From positions 1 through 64,000 of the IMG/VR virus record IMGVR_UViG_3300031992_000032: a stretch of DNA of 64,000 bases. One strand, given 5' to 3'. The notes below the pieces were generated by a model, which worked only from the letters and a program-made list of their open reading frames with translations, searched no databases and was not told the origin of the DNA. Made by a program: the position numbers and the translations under genes. Below are positions 11,346 through 24,790 of the stretch, piece after piece (within the stretch, counting starts at the first letter, position 1; each line of letters begins with the position of its first letter). Origin of the DNA: a virus (lineage: Duplodnaviria > Caudoviricetes).

Positions 11346-14244
11346 CTAAATTTCATAAAAGTCATGTGCCATAACTTTATCATTATATATTTTTATTTTA
11401 TCTTCTATTGTATTATTTTGTAATTCTCCTCCAGTAAAAATACCTGTGCCTTTATTAGTATAAAATTTTTGATTTATAGTATCATAAAGTCCAATTTCTC
11501 CGTTTGATTTCTTTTGCATCGGAAGAAAATTACGAATTAAAGTGCCATTATTCCAAATTTGGAAATAATATAATTTTATTTTAGCATAGCATTCTACTGA
11601 AGAAGCTAATCGTCTAGCAAATAATGAAGCTGCTATATTTGAAATATTTGTTGATAGAGCATAAGTATTTTCTATCATATTACTATCATTTACTTTTAAA
11701 TATTGAGAATCTAAACCGTAATAAAATTCTACATTATATTTAGTATTAGTTTGAATCGTTGTAGCAGCGGATCTTCATGCAGAAGAATCTCTATATTCTC
11801 ATTTATTTGAAGAAGATATACCAAAAGCTGTTAAATATGTACCCGTATAAGCACCAAAAATAGATTGATTACCTGTATTAGTAAACTCAAAACTTGTAAT
11901 TATTTTATCTTCATTTCTAGGCTGATATTCTGTATCAATTCATTGAGTTCCAGTACTTTCAATATATTCTAATTGTTCTAAGCCTGATAGGTTCTCATTA
12001 AAATGATTAGAATTAATTATTCCATTTTTATTTATTTTTGTATTTTCTACTTTTTCTACTTTAAATGAATGAATTCAAATTTTATCACCCACTTCAAAAT
12101 TTGCATAATTGGTAATAGCAGAATAAGTAGCACTTGAATTATAATAAAAAGTATTTTCTAATTTTTGATATTCAGTTCCTACTGTTCAAGAATTTTGACT
12201 TTGTGAAGAACCACATTCAACATTCATTTTAAAAGCGTGTTCTCGATTCATTTTTACTCACATTGTCATTTTATATTTTTCGCCATTTATCATATTAGTT
12301 TTACCACTTTTTCATGGTTCTATTCCAGCTCCAATATAATAACCGCTTCCTGTTGTTGTGCATTCAAATAAAGTAGCTTGCCCAGAAGGAGAATCAATAT
12401 CACTAACTAAAGTTCTAGTGAAAACCGCGGTTTTAAAATTTGTATGTCCAGCTATCCAATCTGATTGAGATAAAATTTTTGCATCATTCTCTTCTAGTTC
12501 TAATCCATATAAATTCTGTTGATTATCAATTCAACTACTTGTTTCATAAAGTTGCCTAATATCATCCGCAGAAAGTGCAGTACAATATATACGAAAATCA
12601 CTTATACTACCTTGATAATCGGCAACATTTTGTCTTCCTCCAATATTTAAAGTATCATTTGGATATATAGTTCCATTCGTTGTAATTTGAGTTCTTTGAA
12701 CCCCATTTACATATAAAGTTAAAGTTTTAGTTGTACTGTTGTGTACTAATGTTAACATTTGTCATACATTATTTGTTGCAGTTCAATTGCCTACATAAGC
12801 ACTTCCACTAGATGAATAAACAAAAAATCTTCCATTTTCTAAACACACTGAAGTATTATAACTTTCTGCACTAGCATAATAACTAGTTCCCCCAGTATGA
12901 TAAAATCAACCATTAATAGTAAAATCCTTTGAATTTGCTAAAATCGCCCCAGCAGGAGAATTTATTAAATTTCCATTTAAAGTAATACTACTATTATATC
13001 TAGGAGTATCTATATTTGCTATTGTTAATTTATTTAATATAGCATTATTTTGATAACCACTATCATCATTAGTTATATCAAAACCTATTTCTGAGGTATT
13101 ATACCCATTATCTGATGGAGCTAAAGTTCATTTAGTTAAATCTCCTTTTTCTAATTTAAAATTTTTAAAATAAAAAGTTCCAACTAAACCAGAAAATCCG
13201 AGATGTAAGCTAATATTTCCATACTGAGTTCCAGGTTCATTTCAAGTATTAGTATAATAAACTCTTTGCCATGTATTTAATTGAGTTGGATCTCCTCCTC
13301 CGTAATCTTTTATAACCATTTCCATTATTAATAAATAAAGTAGGAAAATTAGTTCCTTCCTCAATCATAGCATCGCAAGAAATGGTATATTTATCTCCTA
13401 CTGCCATTTTTTCACCTACATTAGTATTACTACTTTTGGCAAAACTTACAGTACATCAATTTCCGTTACCAGATTCTGCAACAACTTTTAAAACTCCATT
13501 TGTAATTGTTCTTGTCATTCCACTAGCAGTTGAAGAACCTGTTATATTATTACTTGTTAAAATCAAATTTTCATTTATATTATTACTATCTAATTTATAA
13601 TGACAAACTAACCCTTTAGCAATTTCTTTAATTTGTTTCTCACTTAAAGCTTCATCATAAACTCTAAAATCATTCAAGTTTCCTTGGAAACCAACGCCAG
13701 AAGATCTACTATCTCTTCCTAAATAAAAAGCTCCACTAGTTTTGTTTAAATCCGCTAAAACTACTGTTTTTGTTACAATTAAATTACCATTTTTATAAAA
13801 TTTTAATTGAGTCCCATCATATACAATAGCCAAATGAGACCAAGTATCTTTTGCTATATTTGTTCCTGTGGCTCTATAATCTGTTCCTCCATTTTTTCAA
13901 TCAAATCTAACATCATCATTTCAATTGCCTGCAGAACTATTTAATTCAATATTAAAAACAACTGCTCCACTTAAACCATAATCACCAAACAAAATAGCTC
14001 TACTTCCTGTTGTCTTTGTATTATATATTCAAAGTGTAATAGTAAAAGGAGTTGAGCCTCCTTTAAAGCAATTACGTAAATCTGCACTGTCAAGAGAAAT
14101 ATAATCACTTGAACCATTAAAAATATATGTCTGTCCTATTTTTCCGTTTGAAGCAACAGTTGCTCCATTTGCGGCAGCTGTAACATTACTTAATCCTTTA
14201 TTTTCTAGATTGCCATTAAGGGGCAATCAAATTTTAAGTGCCAT
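11346..14244 (-). CDS. LamG-domain tail/adhesin protein; TGA=Trp and one +1 frameshift at CGGA (13302-13299)
   Basis: Two LamG-like domains (WxHLAIVYDG...FQGNLNDFRVYDEALS; YQGSISDFRIYCTALS); span is 3n+1 with the frame change at an in-frame CGG. Confidence 0.75.
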
Positions 14245-14258
14245 ATTTGATTACCTCC

Positions 14259-16949
14259 TTAAGCAAAATTAAATTCAATACATTTATCTGTTGAATTATA
14301 TTCTATTGTTACTGCTGTTCCACCTACTTGTACTGATTTAGTTGTTAACACACCACTTGTAGCATATACCTCATTATCAGAATATGTTTGAGGATTTGCT
14401 GCTTGACTCGTAGCACCAATTAAATAAATTTTACTTGATGTATCTGTGCTTCCCGCAGTATTTTTTGTATCTGTTGTTACATAGCCTTTGCCTTCAACGA
14501 ATGTAGCAACTGCCGCACTCGTTGGTAAATTAGCACTAGAACTTCCTGCACTAATACTTGTATCAACAGCTTTAGCGCTTGCCGCAGCTAATGTATAACC
14601 ATTATATGTTTTATTTGTTAAAGCTTGTGTATCACTTAAATTAACAACTTCTTTTGAATTACTATATAATTTTCCATCAGTGCCTACATAAGCTGTATCT
14701 TGTGAATAGGTTTGTGAACTAGCGGTTTGAGATGTAGCGCCTATCAAAAATAATTTAGAACTACTATCTATTGAACCTGCTGTATCTTTTGTATCTGTAT
14801 AACAACCACTTGGGATTGTTCCACTTAATTTTGTTGCATCAAGAGTTGATGCTGATGTTAATGGAGTTATTGTGTTACTTCCAAGTGTAATAGTTCCACT
14901 TGCTATTTTAGCATCAGTAATACCAAAACCTGCAAGAGTAGTTGGATTTTCTCCTGCAGTTACGTGTCCTGTGGCATTTACTGTTACTGATTTATAATTA
15001 CCTGCGGTAACGCCTGAATTAGCATGACTAAGAGTTCTTGTACCACTAGTAGTAATTGCGCTTGAGCTATCAATTGCTATTGGAGATGTAGCTTTAATTG
15101 TTATGCTTGTAACAGTTCCACTAGGTTCATCGCCTGAAGGAATTAATTCCCAAGTATTTGCAGAACTTGTTTTAGTTAAACATATAAATGTATCTCCAAC
15201 TTTTGCAGCTTTACTTGCATAGGTTCCTGCAGTGATGACCTTGTATGTGTCACCAATATTTGCACTACCATCAACAGGTAACGCAGTTATTGTACCACCT
15301 GTACCCAAACTTCCTTTGAATATCATAGGGTCTGGTAAATTTTCAATAGCTGTATCTACATAGGCGGTAGTTGCTATCTTAGTAGAATTATCGCCTTGAG
15401 TTTGTGTTGTTGCGGTAACCGCGCTAGGAATTGCTCCGTTTAGTATTGAAGCGGGTACTGAAGTAATATTAGCTACTCCAGAAGTAGCCACACTAGTTCC
15501 ATTTACTGAAACTCCAGTAATTGTACCTGTTCCTTTACTTGCGGCTAAGTCATATGCAGCTTTTACCGCTTTAGGGGTTGCCGCCAATACTTCACTTGTG
15601 CTATTGGTTGCACTACTTAATTCTGTAACACCATATTTGCTTGTGGTTGCCGCAGGAATATTAGCAGTTCCGCTTGAAGCTACATCAGTTCCATTTGCTT
15701 GTACTTTTGTAATAGTACCCGCATTAGATGTATATCCATTAGGGTTTGCCGCACTATAAGGGGTATATCCCAATGCTGTTGTTACATCAGATGATGTAAC
15801 TGGAGCTTGATATAATCTTAATGCTCCATTTTTATATTCATATATTGGATGAAATGTTGTTCAAGATATTGAATACTTATTTGAACTATATGCAATACCT
15901 AAATAAATATATATTTTTCCATCTTCTGATGTTGGTAAAGTTTGAGTATATCAAGTATCAGCTAAAGTATATGTAGCTCCATTTGGAATACCAACTAAAT
16001 AAACTGGAAGATATTGAGTTAATGTTGCTCCACAATTAGTTGAATATCTTAAATCAATTCCTGAGTGCTGAGTTCATAATGAATTGTCTGCACAAACACT
16101 TCCTGCAGCAACGTCAGAACTTGAATTAAAATAAAATAAAGGAGCTCCTATCATATATGAAGCTGTATTTTTAGTTTTTGTAGTTCCTGTGCTTGCAGAA
16201 GTAACAAAACTTTGCAAAGTATTATCATTACAATAAGTACATATATTATATCTATATACTTTTCCACTACCAGCTTTCATTTTATCATAATATGATTTGA
16301 TTGTTCAAGCAATTGAATTGTCATTAGCATCTCCAGTTTCTTGTAAGCCATTGCCACTAAAATTATATGTAGGAGGAGCACTACCAAAACCAGAATAATT
16401 AGTTGCATTTGCTCCTTCTCAGCTATCTCATTTGATTGCATTATCTAATAAAGTAGCAGTACAGTTTATTTGTTCCAATAATTCTACTTTAATAGTTCTT
16501 TCTTTTCCAGCTGTATCTTTTGCATTTGCATCTTTTAAACTTACACCAATAGCATGCCCATAACCCGCATTAAAACCTGCTTGTAATAATCTATACATAG
16601 TATGATAATAAGCTGGTCGATATGATGTATTATAAATATTATTAAATACTGCATATGATGCAAGACCTGATTGAGAACCCATAAATAATACATTTGCCAT
16701 AGCTCTATAATTACTATCACTCTCAACTCAAACATATATTCTATATCTAATTGACCATATATCTGTAAATGTTGAAGGTTTAACTGACATAAAATAGAAT
16801 GTATTATTACCTCATGATGTGTCACTAGCTGTACCTAAAATATTTTCATAAGTTTTTGTATTTAATACTTTATCTACTTTAGTATCAAATTTAGCCGCTA
16901 ATAGTTGGTTTAATTGCTCAGCCCCAGCTTCGTCTAAATATTTTGCCAT
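14259..16949 (-). CDS. Tail fibre protein (S/T/A/G-rich, contains ATNSTSEVLAATPKAVKAAYD fibre repeat); TGA=Trp
   Basis: Three ORF fragments in frame, joined by TGA; classic phage fibre repeat. Confidence 0.8.
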
Positions 16950-16960
16950 TTAGACACCCC

Positions 16961-18862
16961 CTAACTATTTGCTAATTCAAAGTCAAATATATTATTAACC
17001 TCTTGATTTGTTAAAGCTACTAAATCTGCAGCATTTACTTTAAGTGCTAATTGATCATAAACTAATTTAGCACTAGGATATTGTGTATTAGTAGATGATG
17101 AACTTAAAGAAGTCACTTTGTTTGAAATGTTTTCTACATTATTTAAATAACAAACTTGATGTGAAGCATCTTTTGTTCCTAAGCTACCACCATAATGTAT
17201 CCAACCAGTAGATCCACCATCTATTCCGCCAGCCTCAAAATAAAAATATGTAGTAGCTGTATTGTCGCTATCTGATGATAATAATAAATATCCTGGTTTT
17301 ACTTGAAAATGACTGCTATTATTAATATAAATTTCAGTAGAAGAACTTATAAATTTATATATTCCAGCTTCTAAAGAAGAAATATTTTTTGTATTATCTG
17401 AAATAATTTTAACAGTATCTCCAATAGTACTAATTGTATTATTTGTTATATCTATATTATTTCCCGCAGTTAATTCTCCTTGTTTTAAAGCAAGTTGATC
17501 ATATAAAAGCTTTGCTGATGGATATTGAGTATCTGTTGAAGAAGAAGATATACTTGTAACTTTATTACTTGTATTTTCTTTTCCAGTAATATTAACTGTT
17601 TTATTTGTAATTGTTAAAGCTGTGCCATCAACTTTAATGCTATCAATTTTATTTATTTCTGCAGTTGTACTAATAACATTAGAATCACTAATTGAAATTC
17701 TTGTTCCTCCAGTATACACTGTTCCTGCTGGCATAGCTCATGTTCCATCGGCCTTTAAAAATCTTCCTGCTTCTGCGGTTGTAGGACCAGGTACTAAACC
17801 TGCGGTTCCCGCACTAGTTCCATCAGTTCCTACAAAATCATTATATGTAGTATCTGTTGCGCTGATTGTTCCATCATTTGCGATATTAATATTGTCGCCA
17901 GCTGTTAATTTATCTTGTTTCAAAGCCAATTGATCATATACAAGCTTTGCACTAGGATATTGTGTGTTAGTAGAACTTCCACTAATTGAAGTTACTTTAT
18001 TATTAGCATCTTCAACACCTAGTCCAGTTAAATCAGATTTAGCGACATTAGCAACTGATTTAATATGTCCTTCTGCTGTAGTTGCAAATTTATAAAATCC
18101 ACTTGATTTTGCAGTTGTCAATCTATTCGCATCTGTAGCATGGTCATATGCAATTTTACCTTTATCACCATAGTAAGCAGTAGAACTAGTTTCACCAAGG
18201 GCTAAGCTAGAACTAATTTCTGCATATGCAGAACCGCCCCATCTATATGTTTTATCAGAAGGTAAATCAACATAAATTTTTCCTGTTTCACCAGGGATTT
18301 CGGTTGTATGAGCCGCTTCTTTATAGAATTTACCATTATAATAATATCCTTCAATTACATCGTCAACATAAGCTGGCAATTGTGAGCTTGGAACTTTTCC
18401 ATTCGCATCAAGTTCAGCAAGACCATTTGCAGCTCCTTTTAAAGAAGCATCTAATTTATCTCCTAAAAGGTTATTCATGTCTGAAGTTGTCGTATAATTT
18501 GTTAAATCATTAACATTCTTTGTAATAAAACCAGCACCATTTTCTAATTGATTTGTATTTGTTGGTACTGTAATATCAACAGCTTTATCTGTAATAGTTT
18601 GAGCAACATTATTTACTTTAATTGTTTCAATTTTATTAACTTGAGCACCAGCTTCAACTCCAGCTAATTTATTTTTCTCTGTAGCTGTATAATTATTATC
18701 AGTATGAACATAATTAGCATCTGAAACAAAATTACTATCATTTGTTAACTCACTTGTTTTTTTAGGTATTTCAGTTTTATCTGCTTTTGTATTAAATTTC
18801 GCAGCTAACAATTGATTTAATAACACGGCGCCATTTTCATCTAAATATTTTTTAGTTGCCAC
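16961..18862 (-). CDS. Fibre/whisker-like structural protein; one TGA=Trp
   Basis: 17738-18862 and 16961-17734 are in frame across DGT-W(TGA); NKVTSxSSSSTxTQYPSAK repeats. Confidence 0.8.
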
Positions 18863-18874
18863 TTTTCTACCTCC

Positions 18875-19684
18875 TTAAAAATAAAATATATCTATAATTT
18901 CTTGATTATTCATTGTTAACGGGCTATCTCAAGAACCTCCCGCACTTAAGAACTCTCCAACATTAATAGCCTCAGGAGCAGGAACTAATCCATGAACTCC
19001 ATCTGTAATTCCATCTGTTCCTACGAAGTCAGAAAATGTAGTTTTTTCAACAATTTTATCATATACAGCTTTGGCGCTTGGATATTGTTCATCTGTTGAA
19101 AGGTTTGAAAGACTGGTCACTTTATTTATTTTATCTTCTTTTCCGCTTATATCTTGATGCTCTTGTAAAGCGGTATCTGCCTTATCTAAGCTACTTTGAA
19201 CAGATTCTTCTAAGTCTGTTTTAGGTATTCCATCATCTGGTTTAGTATAAGTTCCATATCCGGCATCATTTTCTAAATCACTAACTTTAGTAGGAACATC
19301 TTCAATAAGCGCATATTTAGTAGATAAATCAACTGAAGAAATTACCTCTCCAGTATTAGCATCTTTTAAAACTAATATTCCTTCGGATAAGTCTAGAGAG
19401 TATTGAGTTCCAGTGCCTATAAGACATCATTTATTATCTTTGTATATATGTTGAGAATAACTATCTTCTCCACCATCAGAAATTAAGTAAACAGTATTTG
19501 GTTCAATTCCTTCTGTTGGTAATTCATTTACAATTTTAAATTCTTGGTCTATTCTAATTCTTCTTTTACTAGATATATCTAAATAAATTGCTTCATCATC
19601 AGTTGTAACAATAAACTGACCTTCTTTTTTAGGTAAGGAATCTAAATTTTCACTTAATCCTTTTCATGGTTTAAATAAAGCCAC
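18875..19684 (-). CDS. Fibre-like structural protein; TGA=Trp
   Basis: GTG start with SD, open with TGA=W; shares QYPSAK and GLVPAP modules with neighbours. Confidence 0.7.
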
Positions 19685-19775
19685 TTTTTCCTCTCCTTTC
19701 TATATATTTTTCTTACTATATATATAAAAAAAGTGGAGGTAAAATTAATCAAATTTTACCTCCAAAAATATTTTA

Positions 19776-22736
19776 TTATTCTGGCATAGTCAAATTATTT
19801 GCTCTAGCAAATTCTTCTAAAAGATTTCTTACATATTCTTTTGTTCCTTCAGAAACATTATCACTTACATTAAGTGTTAATGTGCCATTTGAGTATGTGC
19901 TTGTCATATTTGTTCCAGCTACAACTTTTGAACCATTCTCTCTTGTTGTTACAGTCCAAGTTCCTGAACTTGTTAGTTTATAAACAAATACTTGGTCTCC
20001 TTGTTGAGAAGCGGTCTTTGTGCTTACGCTTCTATAGTATTGGAATTCTACCTCTGTTGGGTTTGTTGCATTATTTACGTATGCCATAAACGCAAGTCTT
20101 GTTTGGCTTCCAGAAGCAGGGTCTGAAGCAGAACTTGCTCTGCAATATACAACTGCGTTTCTATTATAAGCATTTATGAAGTCTTGCCAAGTTGAGTTGC
20201 CATACGAAAGTATAACCATATCTAAACCTAAGTCAGCAGATGTTTTGTTTCCACTTAAAGTTACCCCATTTATTTGAGGCTTATCTGTTAAGTCATCATA
20301 ATCGCTTGAGCCTGCACTAACTGTACCCCAAGTTCCATCGCCCTTTAAGTATTTATTTGTATCGTTTGCTGTTGGGGCAGGAACTACACCAGCTTTGCCG
20401 TTTGATGTTCCGTTAGTTCCAACAAACGTATCTGTAAATTTAGTGTAGCTATCTAGTATCGCTGTGTCTTCCGAATAAACCTCTATTGATGGTGTGTAGC
20501 CACTTATATAGGTATTGAAATATATCTTGTCTCCACTATTCAAATAAACGCCTATCATTCTTGGCTCGTATGCAAAGTCTATAGAAGAGTTTGAAAACCC
20601 TAGCACAATATCAGAACTATCTGTGATTGCAAATAGAGGGCAGTCATTTGAATATGAACATATTTTGAACCCAAATACACCGCTATTGCCTGTATTCTCG
20701 TAAACAAAATATCCCCATGGTTCTTCTAGTATATCATCTATTTCTATTGGGTATCCTTCAGCTGCGGTAAAATAATAACCAAGTGTTGGCTGTAAGGTTT
20801 CTCGACTAGTTACACTTATCAAATATGCACTTGGCGTATATAAGTCTGTGCTTTCACAAGAAATAATAAAGCTTTCGCCAGGTTTTAGCGTTACACCAAA
20901 GTAAGCATTTTCATAATACTTTGTTGCACCAGTTTGATTACGAAAACTAATTGGATTACTTAATATATAGTCATATAAAGATGTGTTGTTGTCGTCCATT
21001 GCAAATATAACGTACTTATCATCTCCTATTGCACTTGAAAATTGAAATACATAGTCCTGACTTGTGTTTGTATTATTATCTACTTTGTAGTAACCACTAT
21101 TTGCCTCGGTCGTTAATGTAACAGGATCTCCTTCGTCTCGGCAATAATAATATTGACCTGTTGTTAATGTAAGTGGTGTTCTTGTGCTTCCATTAGGTAC
21201 AATTCCTGTAATGCTTATCTCGTTGTTTGTTATATCAATGTAGTCTCCAGCTGTGTAGCTTCCGCCACCACCTTGTGGTGTATCCCAGGTGCCATCAGCT
21301 TTTAAATATTTATTTGTATCTTGAGAAGTTGGTGCAGGAACTAGACCTTTAGACCCATTTTCTGTACCATTTGTCCCTATAAAAGTATCATCTGTTGCTA
21401 ATTTTTTAGAACCAGCATCTTTATTTGTTCCAGAAGTTGAACCTACATATACATCTCCAGCAAATCATGCATTGCCAGACCAGTCAAGAGTATGGGCGTT
21501 ACTTCTTGCGCTTTCACGAGTACCATTTCCCACAATATGGGCATATGTTCCTCTTGTAGAGGCTGTCCCTGTATGGTCTTGAATATTCCATTCTCCTTGA
21601 ACATGTTGAGATTGATTAAGAGCATTTGTACTATTTCCTTCTGCATGAGAATTTTCTCCTAAAGCATGGGTATAATATCCTTCTGCATGAGAATTCATAT
21701 TTCTTGCTTGAACGTGGTCTCCTTCGCCAACGCAACCATCATCAACAGTATTATTATTTCCTACACTTAAAGTAGGCACTGTTAATTTTCCAGTCATCGT
21801 GTCTCCAGATTTTTTAACAAATTCATCCTCATCAAATTTTTCCAATTCTTTTAAAATATAATCACTTTTTTCGCTATTATCTATAAAAAATTCATTTTCT
21901 CCATTTGTTAACTTAACTTGTCTTCCATCAAAAAGATAAAATCCTTCCCCATAAACAAGAACTCAATCTTCTGTTTCAGGGGCCTTTTCTATATGAATTT
22001 CTTCAGTAATGAATGAATTGTTTCCATTATGAATTGCCGCAGAAAATCCATAATCTTCATTTCAATCTGTAATTCAACTCATATTTAATCCTGTTGTAGG
22101 TTCAATAGTTTTTTGAGTTGGATCATAAGTAAAAGCACCTTCTTGTTCTATCGCAGAGAAGTAATTATAAAGTCCTTCATTTTGATCTCATTTTTGAAGT
22201 CATTCTATAAAATGTCAAGGAGTATCTCAATAATTTTCTAAATTATCATTTTCATTATACTCTGGGTCACTAGGTATTCTTGGGTTAGCATCTGCGCAAA
22301 GCTCATTTCTATATGCAATTTTTTCTACGGGTTCTGCGCCAATTATTTCAATAGTACCATTTTCTCAATTTTGATTTCCCCAAGTTTCAGTTTTTAAAAC
22401 TTTACTATTTACAACATCTAAAATAGTTCCTTCTGCAGGATTTTCTATTGTACCAGTTCCATCTTCACCTTTATACATTGCCTCTTCAGTAATGACTCCA
22501 TCAAATCCAGGACCTGTTGAGCCCATTATTTCTCATTCTCCATCAGAAGTTCAATAATATTCATCATAAGAGCCGTCTTGATTAGGTCCAACTAAATAAA
22601 TGTCTCCGGCTTTATTACCTGTCGAAGGTAAACTTTGTACTGAATCTACATTCCCTTTAAGAGTAAAAATATCTCCTAAAGATTCAATAGACCTTTTTAT
22701 TAATTTTCTGCATAAAGCATAAGTAATTAAATCCAT
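19776..22736 (-). CDS. Large fibre/adhesin protein with YadA-head-like repeats; many TGA=Trp
   Basis: Three ORF fragments in one frame; the linking sequence I read contained only TGA stops. Confidence 0.75.
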
Positions 22737-22748
22737 TTACTTCCCTCC

Positions 22749-22931
22749 TTATGATAGTTTTACTCATTTTCTTTGAGCGCTCAAAACATATACATCAGAA
22801 GTTGAAGTTATTAAACAAAGACTGCCTGGATAAACATTATTAGGTAAATCTTTTACATCTGCTTCTGTATCAGCAATAAATTCTGTTACATATGCAGAAA
22901 CATCATCATTTTGTTTAAATAATCTATACAT
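22749..22931 (-). CDS. Small structural protein (60 aa); TGA=Trp
   Basis: MYRLFKQND...VYVLSAQRKW(TGA)VKLS with SD; first gene of the minus-strand fibre operon. Confidence 0.65.
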
Positions 22932-23078
22932 AATTTTTAACTTCCTTTCTGTCTTATTTTTACTAAATTATATCATTTTTATTTAAAAGCGGTAAATTAA
23001 AATTGACCGTAAATGCGGGAAGCTGCTAAAAGATGTACGGATCTTGATGGGGGATCCCTTATCGGGTTCCCGCACTTC

Positions 23079-23107
23079 TTGATATTTAATAAAAAATAAT
23101 ATATAAT
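23079..23107 (+). promoter_or_regulatory. sigmaA-type early promoter; related copies at 5162, 23819, 28072, 29481, 29989, 30343, 31730, 32648, 33370, 33721, 33906, 35535
   Basis: TTGATT/TTGATA/TTGTTT-17bp-TATAAT, often with extended -10 TG and a conserved downstream ATAGAAAATAA. Confidence 0.85.
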
Positions 23108-23127
23108 AATTATAAGAAAAGAAAGGA

Positions 23128-23786
23128 ATGATTATTATGTCATTAAGAGATGAATTTGAAAGTGAAATTTTTGATGATGGTTATGTTTTTGGTTTAAAAG
23201 ATGGAAAACAATATTATAAAGATTTAATTAAAGAAAAAATGAAAGCATTAGAAGAAAAACATAATGATTTTAGAGATATGACAGTTTTTAATGTGCCTAA
23301 AGAGATAGAGTCAGATTTTATTAAATATATGGTATATAAGGAGTTAATTAAAAATGACTAAAATTGATGAAAAATTAAACAAATCTTTATTTAAAAATGA
23401 TAACTCAACTAGTTATGATCGCCCTGTTAGAGAGATATATGAAGATGGAACACTTACAAGAATTTATTATAATAGTGGGTTAGAAATAGATTTAGAGAAT
23501 AAAGAAATAGAACTATATGGAACTTTAAAGTTAGAAACAATTAAAATATTAATAGAAAAATTTAAAGAGGCGAGGTGGATTTAAAATGCATGATTTAGAA
23601 GATAAATTATTTGCAGGATTAATAGGTTTTGCTATAACATTTTTTATTATTTTTGTTTTAGGTTTAATAGTTTATGTATTTAGTCAAGATTCACAAATAG
23701 AAAAAGATTTAAAACAAAAACTTGTTAATAATGAAATTACAATAGAAGAATATTATGAATTAAAAGAAGTTTTAGAAATTGAATAA
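23128..23786 (+). CDS. Three small early hypothetical genes (23128-23361, 23354-23584, 23586-23786; the last has a TM helix)
   Basis: Abutting intact ORFs with SDs. Confidence 0.7.
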
Positions 23787-23984
23787 AATTAAAAATCAAT
23801 AGAGTTACTATTTCTCTATTGATTTTTTTATAAAAAAATATTATAATTATTATAGAAAATAAATAAAAAAGGAGATGATAGTAATGAAAGTAGGAGATTG
23901 GTTTAGATTTGATGGAAAAGTCTTTGAGATTGTTGCTATTGTTAATGGAGAATATATATTAGAAGAAAAGAAAGGAGTATAATT

Positions 23985-24395
23985 ATGGATAAGAAGTTTT
24001 ATTTATGTTATATTGATGATGAAAAAAATAAAGCTTATTTTACAAGTGATTGGGAAAATCAATCTGGAGATGATTGGAATGATCGCCCATATGAATGTAA
24101 TGCGGGAATTCCTTATGAACATAATTATAATGCTCCTGAACAAGAAATTAAAAATGGTAGAGGAATTTATCCAGTTATAGAACAAAAGAAGTTGTTTTTT
24201 GATTTTGAGGATAGATGGGATATACAACAACCATATATGCTAGGAAGCGTAAGTATAAATGATATTAATAGAGGTGCTGTTGCTTGGCTATGGGGAGATG
24301 ATTTTACTATTCCCGCTAAAACAGAGTATAATGATTTCATTAGAATTGTAGAAGACCATGGCGGAAAAATTTATTTACCAAGGGAGGATGAATAA
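23985..24395 (+). CDS. Hypothetical early protein
   Basis: 136 aa with GDDWNDRPYECNAG motif; all Trp are TGG. Confidence 0.75.
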   Translation: MDKKFYLCYIDDEKNKAYFTSDWENQSGDDWNDRPYECNAGIPYEHNYNAPEQEIKNGRGIYPVIEQKKLFFDFEDRWDIQQPYMLGSVSINDINRGAVAWLWGDDFTIPAKTEYNDFIRIVEDHGGKIYLPREDE

Positions 24396-24396
24396 T

Positions 24397-24771
24397 ATGA
24401 GCAAATGGACGCATATAACAGGAGCTATTCATATAGATACATTTAAAGAATTAGATAAACCTCAATTAAAAGAGCATATAGAGGGTGAGTTAGTTAGAGC
24501 ACCTCAAATAACAGGTTCTGAAGGGAATGCTGAGACTTTTGTTAATGTTCTTGGTGGGTATAATACTTGGTCTTATGATGTTGAATTAGATATGGATATG
24601 GAGTATCAAACTGATGTAATTATAACATTAAATGGAGATTTAAGAGATAGAGAAGTAATAGAAACTTTAGCAGAAACAAAAGCATTTTTAGAATTTTTAA
24701 GAAAAAAATTTTATATAATAAATTATTCTATAACAATAGAAAATGATGGAGGTTATAGAACAAATTTATAA
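24397..24771 (+). CDS. Hypothetical early protein
   Basis: MSKWTHITGAI... after GGAGG. Confidence 0.7.
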   Translation: MSKWTHITGAIHIDTFKELDKPQLKEHIEGELVRAPQITGSEGNAETFVNVLGGYNTWSYDVELDMDMEYQTDVIITLNGDLRDREVIETLAETKAFLEFLRKKFYIINYSITIENDGGYRTNL

Positions 24772-24790
24772 AAAGGGGGGAATAGCTAGA

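Noticed and set aside
9878-22736. Diversity-generating retroelement or invertase shufflon acting on fibre genes
   Set aside because: No reverse transcriptase or invertase gene and no adenine-specific TR/VR pair seen in this window
2-22931. Mass pseudogenisation of tail and lysis genes
   Set aside because: Breaks are in-frame TGA at conserved Trp positions; recoding explains them
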